DNA of 60,927 nt, counting the filler, from Sphacelaria rigidula (taxonomy: Eukaryota): assembly GCA_964200075.2 (NCBI GenBank). It is 8 parts of 8 records of this genome, joined end to end, with 100 filler letters (N's around TTAATTAATTAA, not from the genome) between each part and the next. Parts side by side here need not be neighbours in the genome. Positions count along the whole stretch, not along the records: positions 7,630 to 15,158 come from CAXNAA020014488.1; positions 15,259 to 22,787 come from CAXNAA020014489.1; positions 22,888 to 30,416 come from CAXNAA020014490.1; 5 more parts are not named here. One strand, given 5' to 3'. The notes beneath the pieces were generated by a model that saw only the letters and a list, made by a program, of their open reading frames with translations, did no database searches and had not been told where the DNA came from. Position 1 is the stretch's first letter. Each line of letters begins with the position of its first letter. Below are positions 11,715 through 24,700 of this stretch, piece by piece. The position numbers were made by a program, and so were the translations under genes.

Positions 11715-14700
11715 AAGCCAGTTTTATGCCGTGTTTTTTTCATGAGCATGGTCTATGTTCCGGGCTAGTTGCCATGCTTGCTGGCCCCTTTTTGTGGGCG
11801 ACACTGTACTGTGCTGTGCTGCACTACATGGTACTGCCACAAGCATGAACATTGCTGAGTAGTGTAGTATATAACATGGTGAGACAAACAGCAAATTTGA
11901 CCTCGGTGGATAAGTATCTACCTCAGCAATAGTAGAGAAAACATGAATGCAGCAGAACTGGGTATACGGATGTAGGAAACGCAAGTGGACAACCTATGAG
12001 TTGCTGGTGATGGAGACCGGAATACAGCAGGTGTACAAACTAGATGAATATAATCCAACAGATGGCGACATGCTGCGTGTAGATGAAAGAGCATATCTGG
12101 TCTCGAGAAAACCTTGCGGATACACGCATCGGTTCATTGCAACGACGGGCATGGCAAACTCATGATCGATTTCATATGATCTAGGGTCCGATACGTTATG
12201 ATATTTTTTTCAAGTTTCGTTCAGTTTTTTTTTTGTTTTCGCATACGACCGCGGATCTGAGCATGAGAAAAATTGAAATGTCATGGCTGCGAAAAAAGAC
12301 GTACTCACAATGAGCGAACTGATTTTTTTTTTCGATCACATTTCTCAGGTAGTTCCGCATCCCTCAGCTCTGTAGTTACTCGTTTCGGATTCATACTTGT
12401 TGACCTTTCCAATTTATCGTGCCTTGAAAGTGACCGCAAATTGACTAGTCAACTGGTTGACTCCATTCTGTTTGATATACATGTTTATTCCACCGAATTT
12501 ACACAATGCACTTAATACGGCGGTAAAGGCGACGAAGATGAACTTCGCAGTAATTCCCTGGTCAACCTCGACGACTGCGCCGCCCTACGGCAGACTTCTT
12601 GGAAATAGCAGCACAGTTGGGCGTGGTTTTTACACCGTGCCTGATTTCCGCCATAATGTCTCCCAGTTCCTTTCTGTCTCGATGCGACGACCACCCGCAG
12701 CGCAATTGATCCCTGAATTTTCGACGTACACATGACAACACACCGTATGGTACAGTGCATGTGTACGCAAGGTATGCCAATAACCACGATCCTTCCGCGT
12801 AAGGGTACTGAGGTTTCCGACTCCCGCGGAACCGTTGTCACCCGGCGTCTTACTGCACCGTGCGGCACTCGCGGAAAACCGCATACCGTAGTAGCGATTA
12901 CACCCAAGATATCGAGGGTCGGACGAATCAATGATTCGTCTGGAAATTACGAGTACTTGATTTTAGTGTAATTGATTTGACCGTATGAATCAACCCTTTG
13001 GGTCTGTTTTCAGCGTTGCACCCCAGGTACGCGCGGCTCAGGCACATAAAATGGCGCAAAAACGGCGTGGAGATCTTCTTGACCAGCGGTCAACGTTTTT
13101 TTCTCTTCCGAGCAATCACGCCTGAAAAATCGTGGATTCAGTGATTCGACCCGGCGATGATTCGTCCGAACCGTGCAAGATAGATATCGCAGTGGCTCTT
13201 GCCGTGCCGCACTTCACAGGTGGCGGACATCGTGTATCCAGCGGTGATACCGCGACGATCATATGCCGTACCGTACAGTAATTTTCAAAATATCGCTTCC
13301 GAGGAGAGCTCCGCTTCTCTGTCAAGCCTTCTGTGCGACGCCCCTTTAGAGCCTATACTGTTGAATATGGAACTTTTCTACTGCGTGTATCAGCAACAAC
13401 CGAAACGACCAAATCGATGACACGAAAGAATTCCCGATGCTGTGTTTTTCTCGACGCTGTCTTGACCTTGCCTACTTTTTGCGACGGCGGTCAACGCTCA
13501 CTAGGTACCCGTTCGGGACAACACTCCCGGTGCAACCATTTTCTTTGGTGGAGACGGAGAAGGGACTGGACCTTATTTTCAGAAAGTGAGAATAAAGCGA
13601 TGTGATGAGGTTTACTGCAAGTCGTCGCCCACAGTGTACCGTCACATGGTTTGGGTCAATCCGTTATATATAGGGGGGCGTGGGGGGCATGCGCATGTGC
13701 TCCGGGGGGATGGGGTCGATTCTGTGTTTAGTTGGCTCGGGAGGTCACTGCGTGATTTCTCTTTTTCCAGTTAATGTGTGCAAGAAAGAGGAACTGGTAG
13801 GATGCGTGTAGATGCAAAAGGACCATCGTGTTTGCACGTGTCGCTGAACTGGAACACTACTAGTGAGAGGCTACATGTGCGACGACTAAAGCATTCAACC
13901 AAGCAGTGCACGACAACCAGTGCGAATCTTCATTTCGTGAGTGTATCTTCGGGCGGATGTAATGAAGGAGTTTCTCCGAAACCGAGTGTATTGGTACTAC
14001 TGTACGTGTTGGAGTGTTGCGCCGTCCCTGTAGCAGGGGGGCATGGCCCTCTTTGTACTCAAATCTCAGCTTGAATTGTGACAGTGCCCTTCCCCATCAT
14101 TTTCTAAGCCGTGTTCGTCTTTTGCTGTACAAATCAATCCCCTGTGGTGTGCTGCATGCAGAAAGCCGACGTTAGAAAGGGGTTCACAAGATGGCGGCCT
14201 TTCGTTTGTAGTGGAAGAGAGCAGCGCTCGTGGTCAGGACGACGGCATCATGCGACCGACGCTTGTGCTGAGGCGAATATCCGAAGGGCAGGAAATTCGT
14301 AAGGTAGTCCGCGTTAAATTTGCTCTTACGTAACGAGCGTTGCGCTGAGACCCTCCGGCGTTGTGTACGTATGGTGGCCGTTGTACGTAACTTAATGGCC
14401 GTGAGACTGTACTGCGGTAATTTCTTGCATGCCTTCGGCCGATCCGCGGTTGGTTCTGTCAGACGTTTTTGCTGCCAGTCGAGTTACAACTCTGGTGATT
14501 TACACGTTCTAGATGCCCTAATGAAGCGTCTGATATCCATCGTCCGGCGGCGGCAAAGTCGCACCTTGTGTGCATTCGCTGTTAGTTTGTATTGACAAAA
14601 TCGGAGTTGCGACAATCTCAAGCTGCATCTATGCTGTCGACCAAGTTGGTTACACAGCTGATACCGGTGCGGACCAAAAGGACACGGGATCACAGCACAA

Positions 14701-17700
14701 TTCTGTCGGTGGCTGTCATCTCACCCGTCCTGCGTGTGTGCGTTTGTGCTGATGTGTACGTGGTTTGTTGGTACCATGAAGCGCGCTCACCACAGTAAGA
14801 TCCTCGTCACGTCTCGATGCTTCTTTTCTGCTCTACTACTCGTCACGCAGATATTCGCCGAGCGGATTGTGGTGAAGGCGATGGTGAAGTGTCTGGTCGG
14901 CGACGGAGCACCTCCCGCTCCTTTAGGCACAAAAGCCCGCGCCGTGTTGCACGAGGGTTTGGTGTAGTAACGACAAAAGTTGAATACCGGCGGTGTCGTT
15001 CCTCTTCCTGATATACCAACGGTGCATTTCCTTTCTCAAGTAGATTTTGTTGTTGTCACAGAGCGTTTCGCCCCCCCCCCCCCCCCCCCCCCCCCACTGG
15101 GGTTGGGGGGGGGGAATGGCGGATAAAAAACAACCCACCCACACCAAGGCAGGGGAACNNNNNNNNNNNNNNNNNNNNNNNNNNNNNNNNNNNNNNNNNN
15201 NNTTAATTAATTAANNNNNNNNNNNNNNNNNNNNNNNNNNNNNNNNNNNNNNNNNNNNATTTAAGTACCCCAAGTACGTCTTTCAAAATACCCCGCAATT
15301 GAGTATACTCTACTCGACCTGCCCTTGAATCAATCAATCAATCAATCAATCACTGTGATTATATTCTCCGCCATCCGAGCGTGAAATATTTAGTCAACGA
15401 ACAGGTAAGGTCTTCGAATGAAGTCAGCCCCGTTGTTATTTTCATGGGGTGGGCCAGGGGCTGGGCACATTTATTTCCCTAGAATTAGTATCGGGTATGT
15501 GAATCGCGCCGCATGTTGTCGCGGCGAAAATCAAAAGAGGATGCCGCTTGCACGAAAAGCGGCTTTGATATTGCACTGCATCGACTGCATTGCCGGTTTT
15601 CCTGGTCAACTCGGAGGAAAGCAGCAAATCGGCAAAGGGTAGTGAAAGAAACAGCCATGTTCTTGCCTCTGCGGACAAGATCTTCTCTACTTGCTTCGAC
15701 TTACCCCTACCACCTATACCCTGCGCAGGCGAACGCTGCCGACATGCACGTGCGGTGTAGTACAGCAACTACTATCGCCATCATCCATCGATCATGAGGG
15801 TACCCCCTCCTCAAATAGGGTACCCCCCCCTCCCATTGCCCCAAAATGAGGTACCGGCCACCTGGGGGGGGATGGTGCCGTTATTTTCCGATAAAGGGCC
15901 CCTCGTTGTACACAGTATGATAACTACGACAAAACGGTAAAGGCTCGAAGTGAGCCGAGTTCTCGGAGGCGTCATTACTTCGTGCTGAACCAGTTCTAAT
16001 TTTAAAAAGGAAGCATGCATGTGGGAATCCGGGCAAAACAATAAAAATTAGTCCTAGTCCGGTGTACAGGGATTGTATTACGGTATTTCAAGGTACTGCA
16101 AGCCATAGTCCTAGTATCTGGTTGTAAGTGGGCTGGGGTAGTAAAAGGTTGAAGTAACAAAAGTCAAGAAAATTTGTATGCAGGATCGGAAGGTCTGAGA
16201 TTCCGGAGTATGTTCGAGAGAAAATACAACCAAAACGTACCATCTTTCGAGCCAATCACGTTGTGGGCAAGTTAAAGCTAAATTCGTAGGGTGCTTCTGA
16301 GCAGGAAGTTTTTTTCAAGAATAGAATCCAGATTTGGGTTCAAGTGCGTGTAAGAAGACGAAAGCGTACGGGGCGGGCAAAATGCGAGCGTCGACACAAC
16401 CCCTCCCCCCACCCCCCACCCCGGGCATCCACTTCTTTTTTATACCCCAAGACTTTGCTCTGCGATTTTTGGTCACGCTTCTGGTTGACCTTCGCTTACA
16501 GATTGATTTTGTACTGACTTCTGTGGACCTCCAGTACAAGTAGTATCAATAATCAATATGAGCTTCGAAACATGGACTTTCGATCACTTCTTGGGACTCA
16601 CGTTCTACACACTCTCAAGTCCTGCCACGCACGACACTTCGGGCTCACAAAGCGGCGAACCTTCATTGAAGAATTGAGTGCAAGCTCGACTCCTGACAAT
16701 GGCGTCAACGGTAGTCCGCGGGGTGGAACACACCAGCAAACTACAACGATGTCTGGTGAGAACAATCGTTCGGAAAGTGCTGTTAGATTTGTATGTGGTG
16801 TGCATACCCAAGCCCAGGAGAAAGCAGACGATGACTTGTGTCAACCAGCTGGTAGTTTGAACCAAGTGACAGCCGTGACCGAAACGCTCGTTGTACAGGA
16901 TGAAAGGGTACGGAAGAAGTCAGTTTAAAGTGCGTCGGACGAGGGACCGGGGCTATCGGCGGATGCAGTGCCCACCAATGATGGGGAAAGGGGTGCAACT
17001 AAGAAAATTCAGTTAGCACCTCCCCCCCTCGAAGTAGATAACATGACCTGCCCACACAGCGTTTCACATGATGATGACGTTGATACTTCGCTCCAGGTAC
17101 CAAATATAGGTCCCGTGAGTGGCGCTGCCGCGAAACGCGGCACCAATGTATAGGTGTCGGATCTTTTACCCCATGTAGAAAACAACATGAAATGTGTAGG
17201 AAGCATGACCTCTGACGGTGCGACGCTCATTGCAATGGATGGATGCTGTCGACAGAGGTGGACGGAAGCGAACTGTTGAAGAGTTAGCTTCCCCAGCCCT
17301 TGTGGAAACCTGTAGTGATGTGCCCGCTACACCGTGCCATGATCATGTAATATCGCAACTGCCGAGTGATGTGAATGAAATGCTTGCTGGTAGCCATGCG
17401 CAATCGCCCAGTGGTGATGCCGAAATGCGTAGAGGTAGTCATGCGCAATCATCCAGTGGCGATGTCGAAATGCTGAAGCGTAATCGTGTACCATTGTCCT
17501 GTAATCATGATGAGCGACATATTAATATCGGGCACAACAGTGCAATGTGTTCACACTCGAGTTCACCTCCCCGTGACTACTTGCCCCGCTTTTTCACGTC
17601 AGAGGTAGAGCAAGGTAGTCTACAGTCGACCGCGCCTGGAGTATCAACAAATGTTGATGCTCCATAGAACTGAGGCGCGGTTGCGCTCGCTCTTGTCGGA

Positions 17701-18115
17701 AACTAAATTTTGTGATGCTTTCATGGAAAACACCGTATGTTTGAGTCGAGCCCAGCGGCGCGCCAGCCGGACACAGGGGGTACATGCTGCCCCAGTAAAG
17801 CTAGTGTTGACGTCCCGAAGAAAACACAACGAGAACCGCATTGAAGTCGAGGGCAAGTCGCCTAAATCCCCAGGGATGGAACTGCGGGGTGTGATAGTGC
17901 CTCACAGCAATCGCTCCGAGGAGGCCCGCGACGCCCCCATCGGCTGCCCCGACCGAAACTCCGGCTTCTACGGCCGTTGAGGCAACTAAGCCCAGTAAAA
18001 TGGTAGTTGACGCGGCTGCATCCCGGTTCGCGTTCAGTTTACCCAAGAACATGAATATATGTCGGGGAAATGTCATCATCTTCGACAGGTGCGAGTGCTT
18101 TAGCGTTTCCCGATT

Positions 18116-18510
18116 ATGAAGGTGCAGCTTCGGGAAAGCGACCGTTTATGCTTCACCATGGATGCATCTCTAGATGGTCTGGGCGCGGTTATTGATCAAC
18201 GTCAAGAAGATGCTGCGAATCGATCCCTTGTTTTCCTAAGCAGAGGAACGCTGCCCAACGACAGAAATTGGAGTGTGTCCGCATTAGGAGAAGCGGCCAT
18301 TTTGTGGGCGATCAAAAAGAACAGGCTAATTTTCTACGGTGTGCCGTTCGAGATTATACTGATCAACCATTGCGAAATTTATTGAGCCTTGCAGAAAATG
18401 TTCCGCGAAGCTAGCGCTGGCACGACTTCCGAAGTGCGTACACTCACGAAATTAAGCACAAGCGAGGACGTGTGAACGCGAGTGCCGATATGTTGTCTTG
18501 TTTACCACAG
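18116..18510 (+). pseudogene. Degenerate Ty3/Gypsy RNase H domain
   Basis: Motifs DAS.GLGAV, .E..AI.WA, and N..AD.LS are present with frameshifts and stops. Confidence 0.85.
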
Positions 18511-19324
18511 CCACCGGATGATAATGATATGTTTAGGGAGGCCTAAATCACGGACCCGGAAGACATGGATGTATTCTTCATTGGTGCTGGCGGAGTTTGA
18601 CCACGCATTTTTAAAAGCCGGACCAGGGATGGACATATTGGCATCGGTACATGACGACGAGAAGGAGATGAAGCTGGCCGGGAAAACAATGAAATGGCTT
18701 GTCTGGTTTCCTTTTCTTAGTTCGAATGTTTTTTTTGTTTCACTTCGAAATTGTCTATTCAAGTAGTTGTGTGCGTTGAACGTAGGCCGCGATTGCAGTG
18801 AAGAGAACCGATTTGTGGAGTAGTGTATTTATCAAGAATAGCAGATTAGGGAATTTGTATATTTGGGTTTATTTCTGTCTAGGGTTGCGAGTGATCAGTG
18901 TGGCTGGTGTGAGTGATGGAGTGGAAATATCGAGGCCCACCAGAGTCTTGACGATTTGAGTTGGTTTGTTCACCAAATTCATCTGAACAGGAGATGAAAC
19001 TTAGCTTCACAGAATGGGCTAATGTGATGAGCGGAGTTCTCGGAGGCGTTATCATTTCGTGCTGAACCAGTTCTAATTTTGAAAGAAAGAAGAGTGCATG
19101 TGAGAATCGCGGTAAAACACTATAGAATAGACCTAGTCCGGTGTACAGGGATTTATGATGCTATTTCAAGGTATTACAAGACATAGTCCCAGTATCTGGT
19201 TGCAAGTGGGGTGGGGTGTTCGTGGTTGAAGTAATAGAAGCCAAGAAAACTTGTAGGCAGGATTGGAAGGTCTGAGATCCCGGAGCATGTTTCAGAGAAA
19301 ATACCATAAAAAGGTACTATTTTC

Positions 19325-21659
19325 AAGGCGCTTTACAGACTGGAATACGTTACGCAGGGTCCAACCCCCCCCTCCCCTCCAGAGGCGGTCGAGAATGAGG
19401 AAAATCGAAAGATGGTGTCCAACAACTTTTTTTCCCCTGTTTCTTCGCCAGAATACAGAATCAAACGGTACCTTCACCACCACGACGCTGGCCTGTACCC
19501 GAGCAGCCCAAACCCGAGGAGTTTGGGCATATCAGCTGTTCTAGCGGCCGCAGGAAAGAGAACTTGGCGGTTGGATGATGACTCTTCAGTCAAGGTGACC
19601 GCTCGATAACGGCGCTCCGATAGAAATTACAGTAGTGAAACCGATGGCGTTCTGCTTCTTTATCAGGAAAGTGTACTACGAGCTGTACGTATTGCTGAGT
19701 GACACCGAAGGTATACACTGCTACGGTGACTTGACTGTACCGTGTGTGTGTCGCCAAAAGAAAGAAGAAAACAAATCGAAGCAGAATCCGACCGCTTTTC
19801 CCTCTAGTGCGCACTGCTGCAGCGCACATCACCAGATATAGCGTCGAGGAACTGTTGACTGTGGTTCACCGGCTACAGCGCGCGTAGAGTCGTGCGTCAT
19901 GAACTGCGCAGCTCTCTAGACTGTATGCGGATCGGTATACTACAGATGGCCATGATCCTGAAGGGGTCGCAGTACAGGCCGGTGTCACCTTGCTACCGCA
20001 TCGGCCACCCAGCCGCTTCACATGTCGAAGTTTGTGCATCCGCGCGTGCATATATGCATTCGCCTGTAGTGTACCAAGTCTGGGCTGCGGGATAGCCGAT
20101 TTGACGGCGCATCGACGGTTTTCTCCGAAATCGCTTGAGGCCATGTTGTAGGAAAATCTGGGGCACAATCGTGCGGGCGCTTTGCGCATATGCTGTCTGT
20201 GTTGTGTCCGACTAGTGTGCAAAGTTTTATGATGGAACGCGCAGTCGCAGGCGAGAAATCCACAACCCAAGTTGCACTGGAAATCGGAAGTTTACCGTGG
20301 GAAAGTATGCAAATAAGCATGGGATGCGGTTTCGCCCTGGTTACGCCGCTATATCAGATGCGGTTACGCAGTGTTAGCGGTACGGCTACTGTCTACAGAC
20401 AGTACATTGCATCAGCGTATTACACTGTACTTTATAGCGATCATGAAGGAGTATTCAAATTTCGAAGCCATTAGCTCCGCCGCCAGACATGCATGCAAAC
20501 GATCGTGCCATTCTTGTTTTTTTTCTTTTTTTTCAAGCGGATTGCACACTCCATATACTACGCCCTCGGCGTGGTGATGGGATGGAACGCAAAGCGTGGT
20601 CGCCACCTATCGCCGTATCATGGGGCCCGCAAGGCACCCGTCCCGAGCAACACCATGTACACCACCCAACGCAGGACATTATCACGTTCTTAGCCTGCAA
20701 CTTGTGCCGACGATCCAGCCTTAAACATAGCTTTTCAGATATGCTGGGAGTCGGGCCGCAGGTCCTCCCTCTGGGGTACCTCGCTCGTGTGGACTACATC
20801 TACTTTTGCGGACGATCCCAGCTGATCATTTATACAATTACTCTTGAATGCGAAAATCGGCATACATTTGACTCTTTTTTTTTTGGCGCAACACTGTGTA
20901 TAATTCCAGCCGGCATAAAAATGTTGTGACAGTCCTTCCATGGTACCAAAAAACTGTAGCTGATTTTATGCTTTTCTTGGGTACGTCGATCATGCGACCA
21001 CGGCTGGACCCATGGGTGGTCAGTTAAATATCGACAACCAATCAAATAAAAATTTAGAAAGAATCATCACCTGGTACCCGCGTAGGCAGTGCCCGCGTTC
21101 GGACAGCCCTGTCGAAGGGCAATCGCCAAAGGTCGGCATACTGCACAGCGAAACAGGTAGAAGGGACACATCAGAATCTCGTCAAGATGGTGTCGCTGAA
21201 GAAGGTAGTCAACAAGTCACGGTTCTGTAATCTTCATTCATGCTGGCATAATTTATTCCAACAATGTGCGGGTCTTTCAATAACCACGGCTCCGTTTCCA
21301 GAACTTTTCACAGATTTATGTATCATGCCGCATGCTGTCGGGTCGATTATTACGAGAGGATGATGTTCCCAATAATAACAATGGAGACTTGAACGTTACT
21401 TAGATCGACATACCCCTACCACCTGCCGTGCAACCGTACCATACACAACTTGTACAAGCCTGGCACAAGCCGGCAAAAGCTGCTCATGCACGTACTGCAC
21501 AGTACAGTACCCACTATCGTCATTATCCATCTGATCAGGGGGGTACCCACCCCTCGAAAAGGGGGTACCACCCCCGCTCCACCCCAACTCGATCGCCAAG
21601 AGTGAGGTTTTCGGGAACCCGAGGCCCTGCGTGAGGTATTCCAGTCTGTAAGGCCCCTT
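19325..21659. mobile_element. Non-autonomous TIR DNA transposon (Mutator/MULE-like) inserted in the Gypsy 3' LTR
   Basis: Left TIR AAGGCGCTTTACAGACTGGAATACGTTACGCAGGGTC (19325-19361) matches the reverse complement of the right TIR, AAGGGGCCTTACAGACTGGAATACCTCACGCAGGGCC (21623-21659). Flanks are ACTATTTTC and ACTATATTTC, a 9-10 bp TSD, and the 5' LTR has a single ACCATCTTTC at the equivalent site. No transposase ORF is visible. Confidence 0.8.
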
Positions 21660-23107
21660 ACTATATTTCGAGCTTTTCATGTTGTGGGCCCGTAAAAGCT
21701 GAACTGTACGAACTCGAAAGGTGCTTCTGAGCAGGACGACTCTTTCAAGGATAGAATCACAGATTTGGGTTCAAGTGCGTGTGAGAGGACGAAAGGGTCA
21801 GGGGCGGGCGAAATTCGAGCGTCGACACAACCCCCCCCCCGGCGTTCACTTCCTTTTTGTACCCTCAGACTTTGCTCTGCGGTTTTGGGCCACGTTTCTG
21901 GTCGATCTTCGCTTACAGATTGATTTTGTATCGACCTCTGTGGACCTCTAGTAAAAGTAGTATACAAAATTAATATAAGCTCCAACACATCGACTTTCGA
22001 TCACTTTTTGGGGATCATCCACGTTCTACACACACTAAAGTTCTGCGACGCTGACACTTCAGCCTCACCAAGGGGTGAACCTTCATTGGAGAATTGAGTG
22101 CAAGCTCGTCTCCTGAAAGGCTACTACTACGAGCTCGGCCAGCAGTAAATCCCGCATTCGCTTTCCACACCACAACTCCTCAACTTTCCCAAATCAGCGC
22201 GAGTTGAGCATATCGTTTGAAACTGCAGGCCAACCTGGTGACACACGGCACCGCCGCTGAATGAAGAAAAAAATGAAGAGAGATACGCGGCATAACACAA
22301 CCGTAAGGACGGACGAAGATATACATGTATATCGGGATTCGAACTCATGACCTCCGTAACTGGAGTCTCCTGTATCACTTGGATTAAAGGGGTGTGGCCG
22401 TGTCACACGAGAAGTGCGATGCGGCCTACAATTTAAGGTGTTTTTTTGGCCGAAACTCCCACGGTGTTCATTTTCTCAGACAATTGAAAACATGGATGCC
22501 GTGGACGTATCAGGTACGAGCAAATTTGATTCCACCGTACGTTTTCGAGTCGAAAACAATTTGATAAGGGCATGTCTTAGCACCTTTTTTTCTATCGAAA
22601 AAGCGCGGTCGATTCTTTTTTTTGCCGATCTCATAGGTCCACCGCATTTATGTTCCTTGAAGGCTTCAACTCAAAATTATAATTAGCGGCGCGCGGAGAA
22701 GAATGCAACGAGGTAAAAAACAATCGTCTTCGATCAAAAACATGCTGTCGATAGGCACGAAGCGGCACTTGACTCCTATCATACAGANNNNNNNNNNNNN
22801 NNNNNNNNNNNNNNNNNNNNNNNNNNNNNNNTTAATTAATTAANNNNNNNNNNNNNNNNNNNNNNNNNNNNNNNNNNNNNNNNNNNNATGTGATTTTTTT
22901 TTTTTTTTTGCGGGGCCCCCCCCCACCCAAGCCCACCACTGTCCCTCCGGGGGGGGGGGGGGGGGGGGGGGGGGGAGTTGGACCATTTCTACACGAAAGC
23001 AGCAACAGCAGTTAACAACTGTTGCTTGAATGCGATCGTTACCGATATATATATCACTCATTCATTCTGCTGGACACCGCGTTTACCGAAAAATAAGCGC
23101 ACCGTGA

Positions 23108-23467
23108 CACACGCGGCCATTTGGCTACCCCCAAGATTCCTCCAGCTAGGTCGGTCAATTTTTCGAGTCTCCAGAGGAATTACACGCCTCCGGAGGGGTG
23201 CGCGGCCCTCCAGAGGAGATTTTTTGCTTTCCTCCAGCAGAGAGAGTAAGCGCCTCCGGAGGCTTGTTTCTGCCTCGGGAGGGCCGCGCATCTCTCCGGA
23301 GGCATTTTGCTACCCCCAAATTCCTCCAGGGGGGTGGGTGATCCTCCAGGTGGGTAGTGTTTGGTCTCCTCCAAAGGGATTGAAGGCCTCCGGAGGCTTG
23401 TTTGGCCTCTAGAGAGCCGCGCATCCCTCCGGAGGCATTTTGGGGGGTAAGCAAATGGACGCGTGTG
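23108..23467. mobile_element. MITE with ~27-bp TIRs and internal CCTCCGGAGG palindromic repeats
   Basis: CACACGCGGCCATTTGGCTACCCCCAA ... TTGGGGGGTAAGCAAATGGACGCGTGTG. A second right-end copy follows the 10-N gap (23592-23620). Confidence 0.72.
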
Positions 23468-24049
23468 AAGTGTGTTCAATCGTCTGACACACCCATGAGC
23501 CTTTTTTCGTCGAATCAAATTCCGAGCCCACGGCCAAGCAGCCACTTTCTGGCTCAATGCCCATCAAATCGCACACAATGTNNNNNNNNNNTTGGGGGTA
23601 ATCAAATGGCCGCGTGTGAAGTTCGTTCAATCCTCTTACCCCCCCATGATCCTTTTTTCGTCAAATCAAATCCCCCCCCCCCCCCTATCGTGGTCAATGG
23701 TCAAACGACTAAGGCAAGCAACAAATGAGTACGCCCCCCCCTATCGTAGGATGGGTCAATGTGTCCCCGTAACTTTTTTATCGTGTTCTTGAAATGATTT
23801 TTTTCCAAATTTAGAAGAGCAACTACTAATATATCACCTACAAGATGCAGCTGCGCTTCTAGGCTGCCCCCGTTCGTACGCACTACAGTAGTCAGCGTCA
23901 GAAGTATGGAGAATCCGTAACTTCTTAGTTTCCCAAAGGTTTTCCGAGTATGTTTCGCTTGCCACCGCTCATTACAGTGGCCGTTGGATGCCAAGAAATA
24001 GGCATCTGGAGATATTTCATCATCTTGACCAATATTGAAAGAAGTCTCT

Positions 24050-24700
24050 GCGATCAATATTGAGTGACTTACGGGCTTGACTGATCTTCAGGGGTCCTGC
24101 GAAAGTGCAACCCCAGGTTCAAGCTTTTCGGTATTTTCGGTGGACCGACTCGATCCCGATCATATAAGTGAAACCTGAAAAATGGTTATGTTTTTTAATC
24201 CCACCTATCCACTGCTCTAAAACCGGAAAACTATATTTCTTGGACCATTCACGGTCAATAAGACCCTCCTGATAAATGGGGTATCTTGTCCGTATCGCCC
24301 CCACAACACCAACTTGGGCGTTGTGATTTGAGCACGGTCTGCTTATTTCGCCGAAACTATCGACGCTAGCACTTTCGAGTGCTCATGGAAAATTGTATGC
24401 GAAAAAAATCTGAAAATAGGCCATCCGCACAAAATGCGAGACTGAGGTCTGTGCAGTATAGCAGCGAAACACGATCTCGATCGTTATTGTGAAGTGTTGT
24501 ATACGTATTCATTTATCTAGATATTTACCGTTTTGTTGCGGAAGAGCCGGAAAACTGTTTTTATAGGACCACAAACGGTCAATAACAGCCTCCTGATGAA
24601 CGGGGTATCTAGTCCGTATCGCCCCCAAAACACCAACTTTGGCACTGCAGTTTGACCGCGGCTTACGCTTTCCCCCTAAATCTACTGGCGCTGGCACTCT
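24050..24700 (+). repeat. Partial arms of the foldback family seen at 27030-28215 (two staggered copies, ~24050-24340 and ~24540-24700)
   Basis: Shared CAATATTGAGTGACTTACGGG..GGGGTCCTGCGA..CCCCAGGTTC and ACGGTCAATAA..CCTCCTGAT..CCGTATCGCCCCCA..CACCAACTT. Confidence 0.75.

Larger units (their letters stand above)
15946..22117 (+). mobile_element. Internally deleted Ty3/Gypsy LTR retrotransposon: 5' LTR ~15946-16698, PBS 16700-16714, RNase H relic ~18116-18510, 3' LTR split into ~19023-19324 and ~21670-22117
   Basis: 15955-16248 matches 19035-19324, and 16250-16698 matches 21670-22117. The 5' LTR ends ..CCTGACA and is followed by TGGCGTCAACGGTAG (PBS-like). The internal sequence encodes DASLDGLGAVIDQ..VFLSR..NWS..GEAAILWAIKK..YGVPFEI and, after a frameshift, NASADMLS, a Ty3-type RNase H. 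A candidate 5-bp TSD AGGCT lies at 15941-15945 and 22118-22122. Confidence 0.82.
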
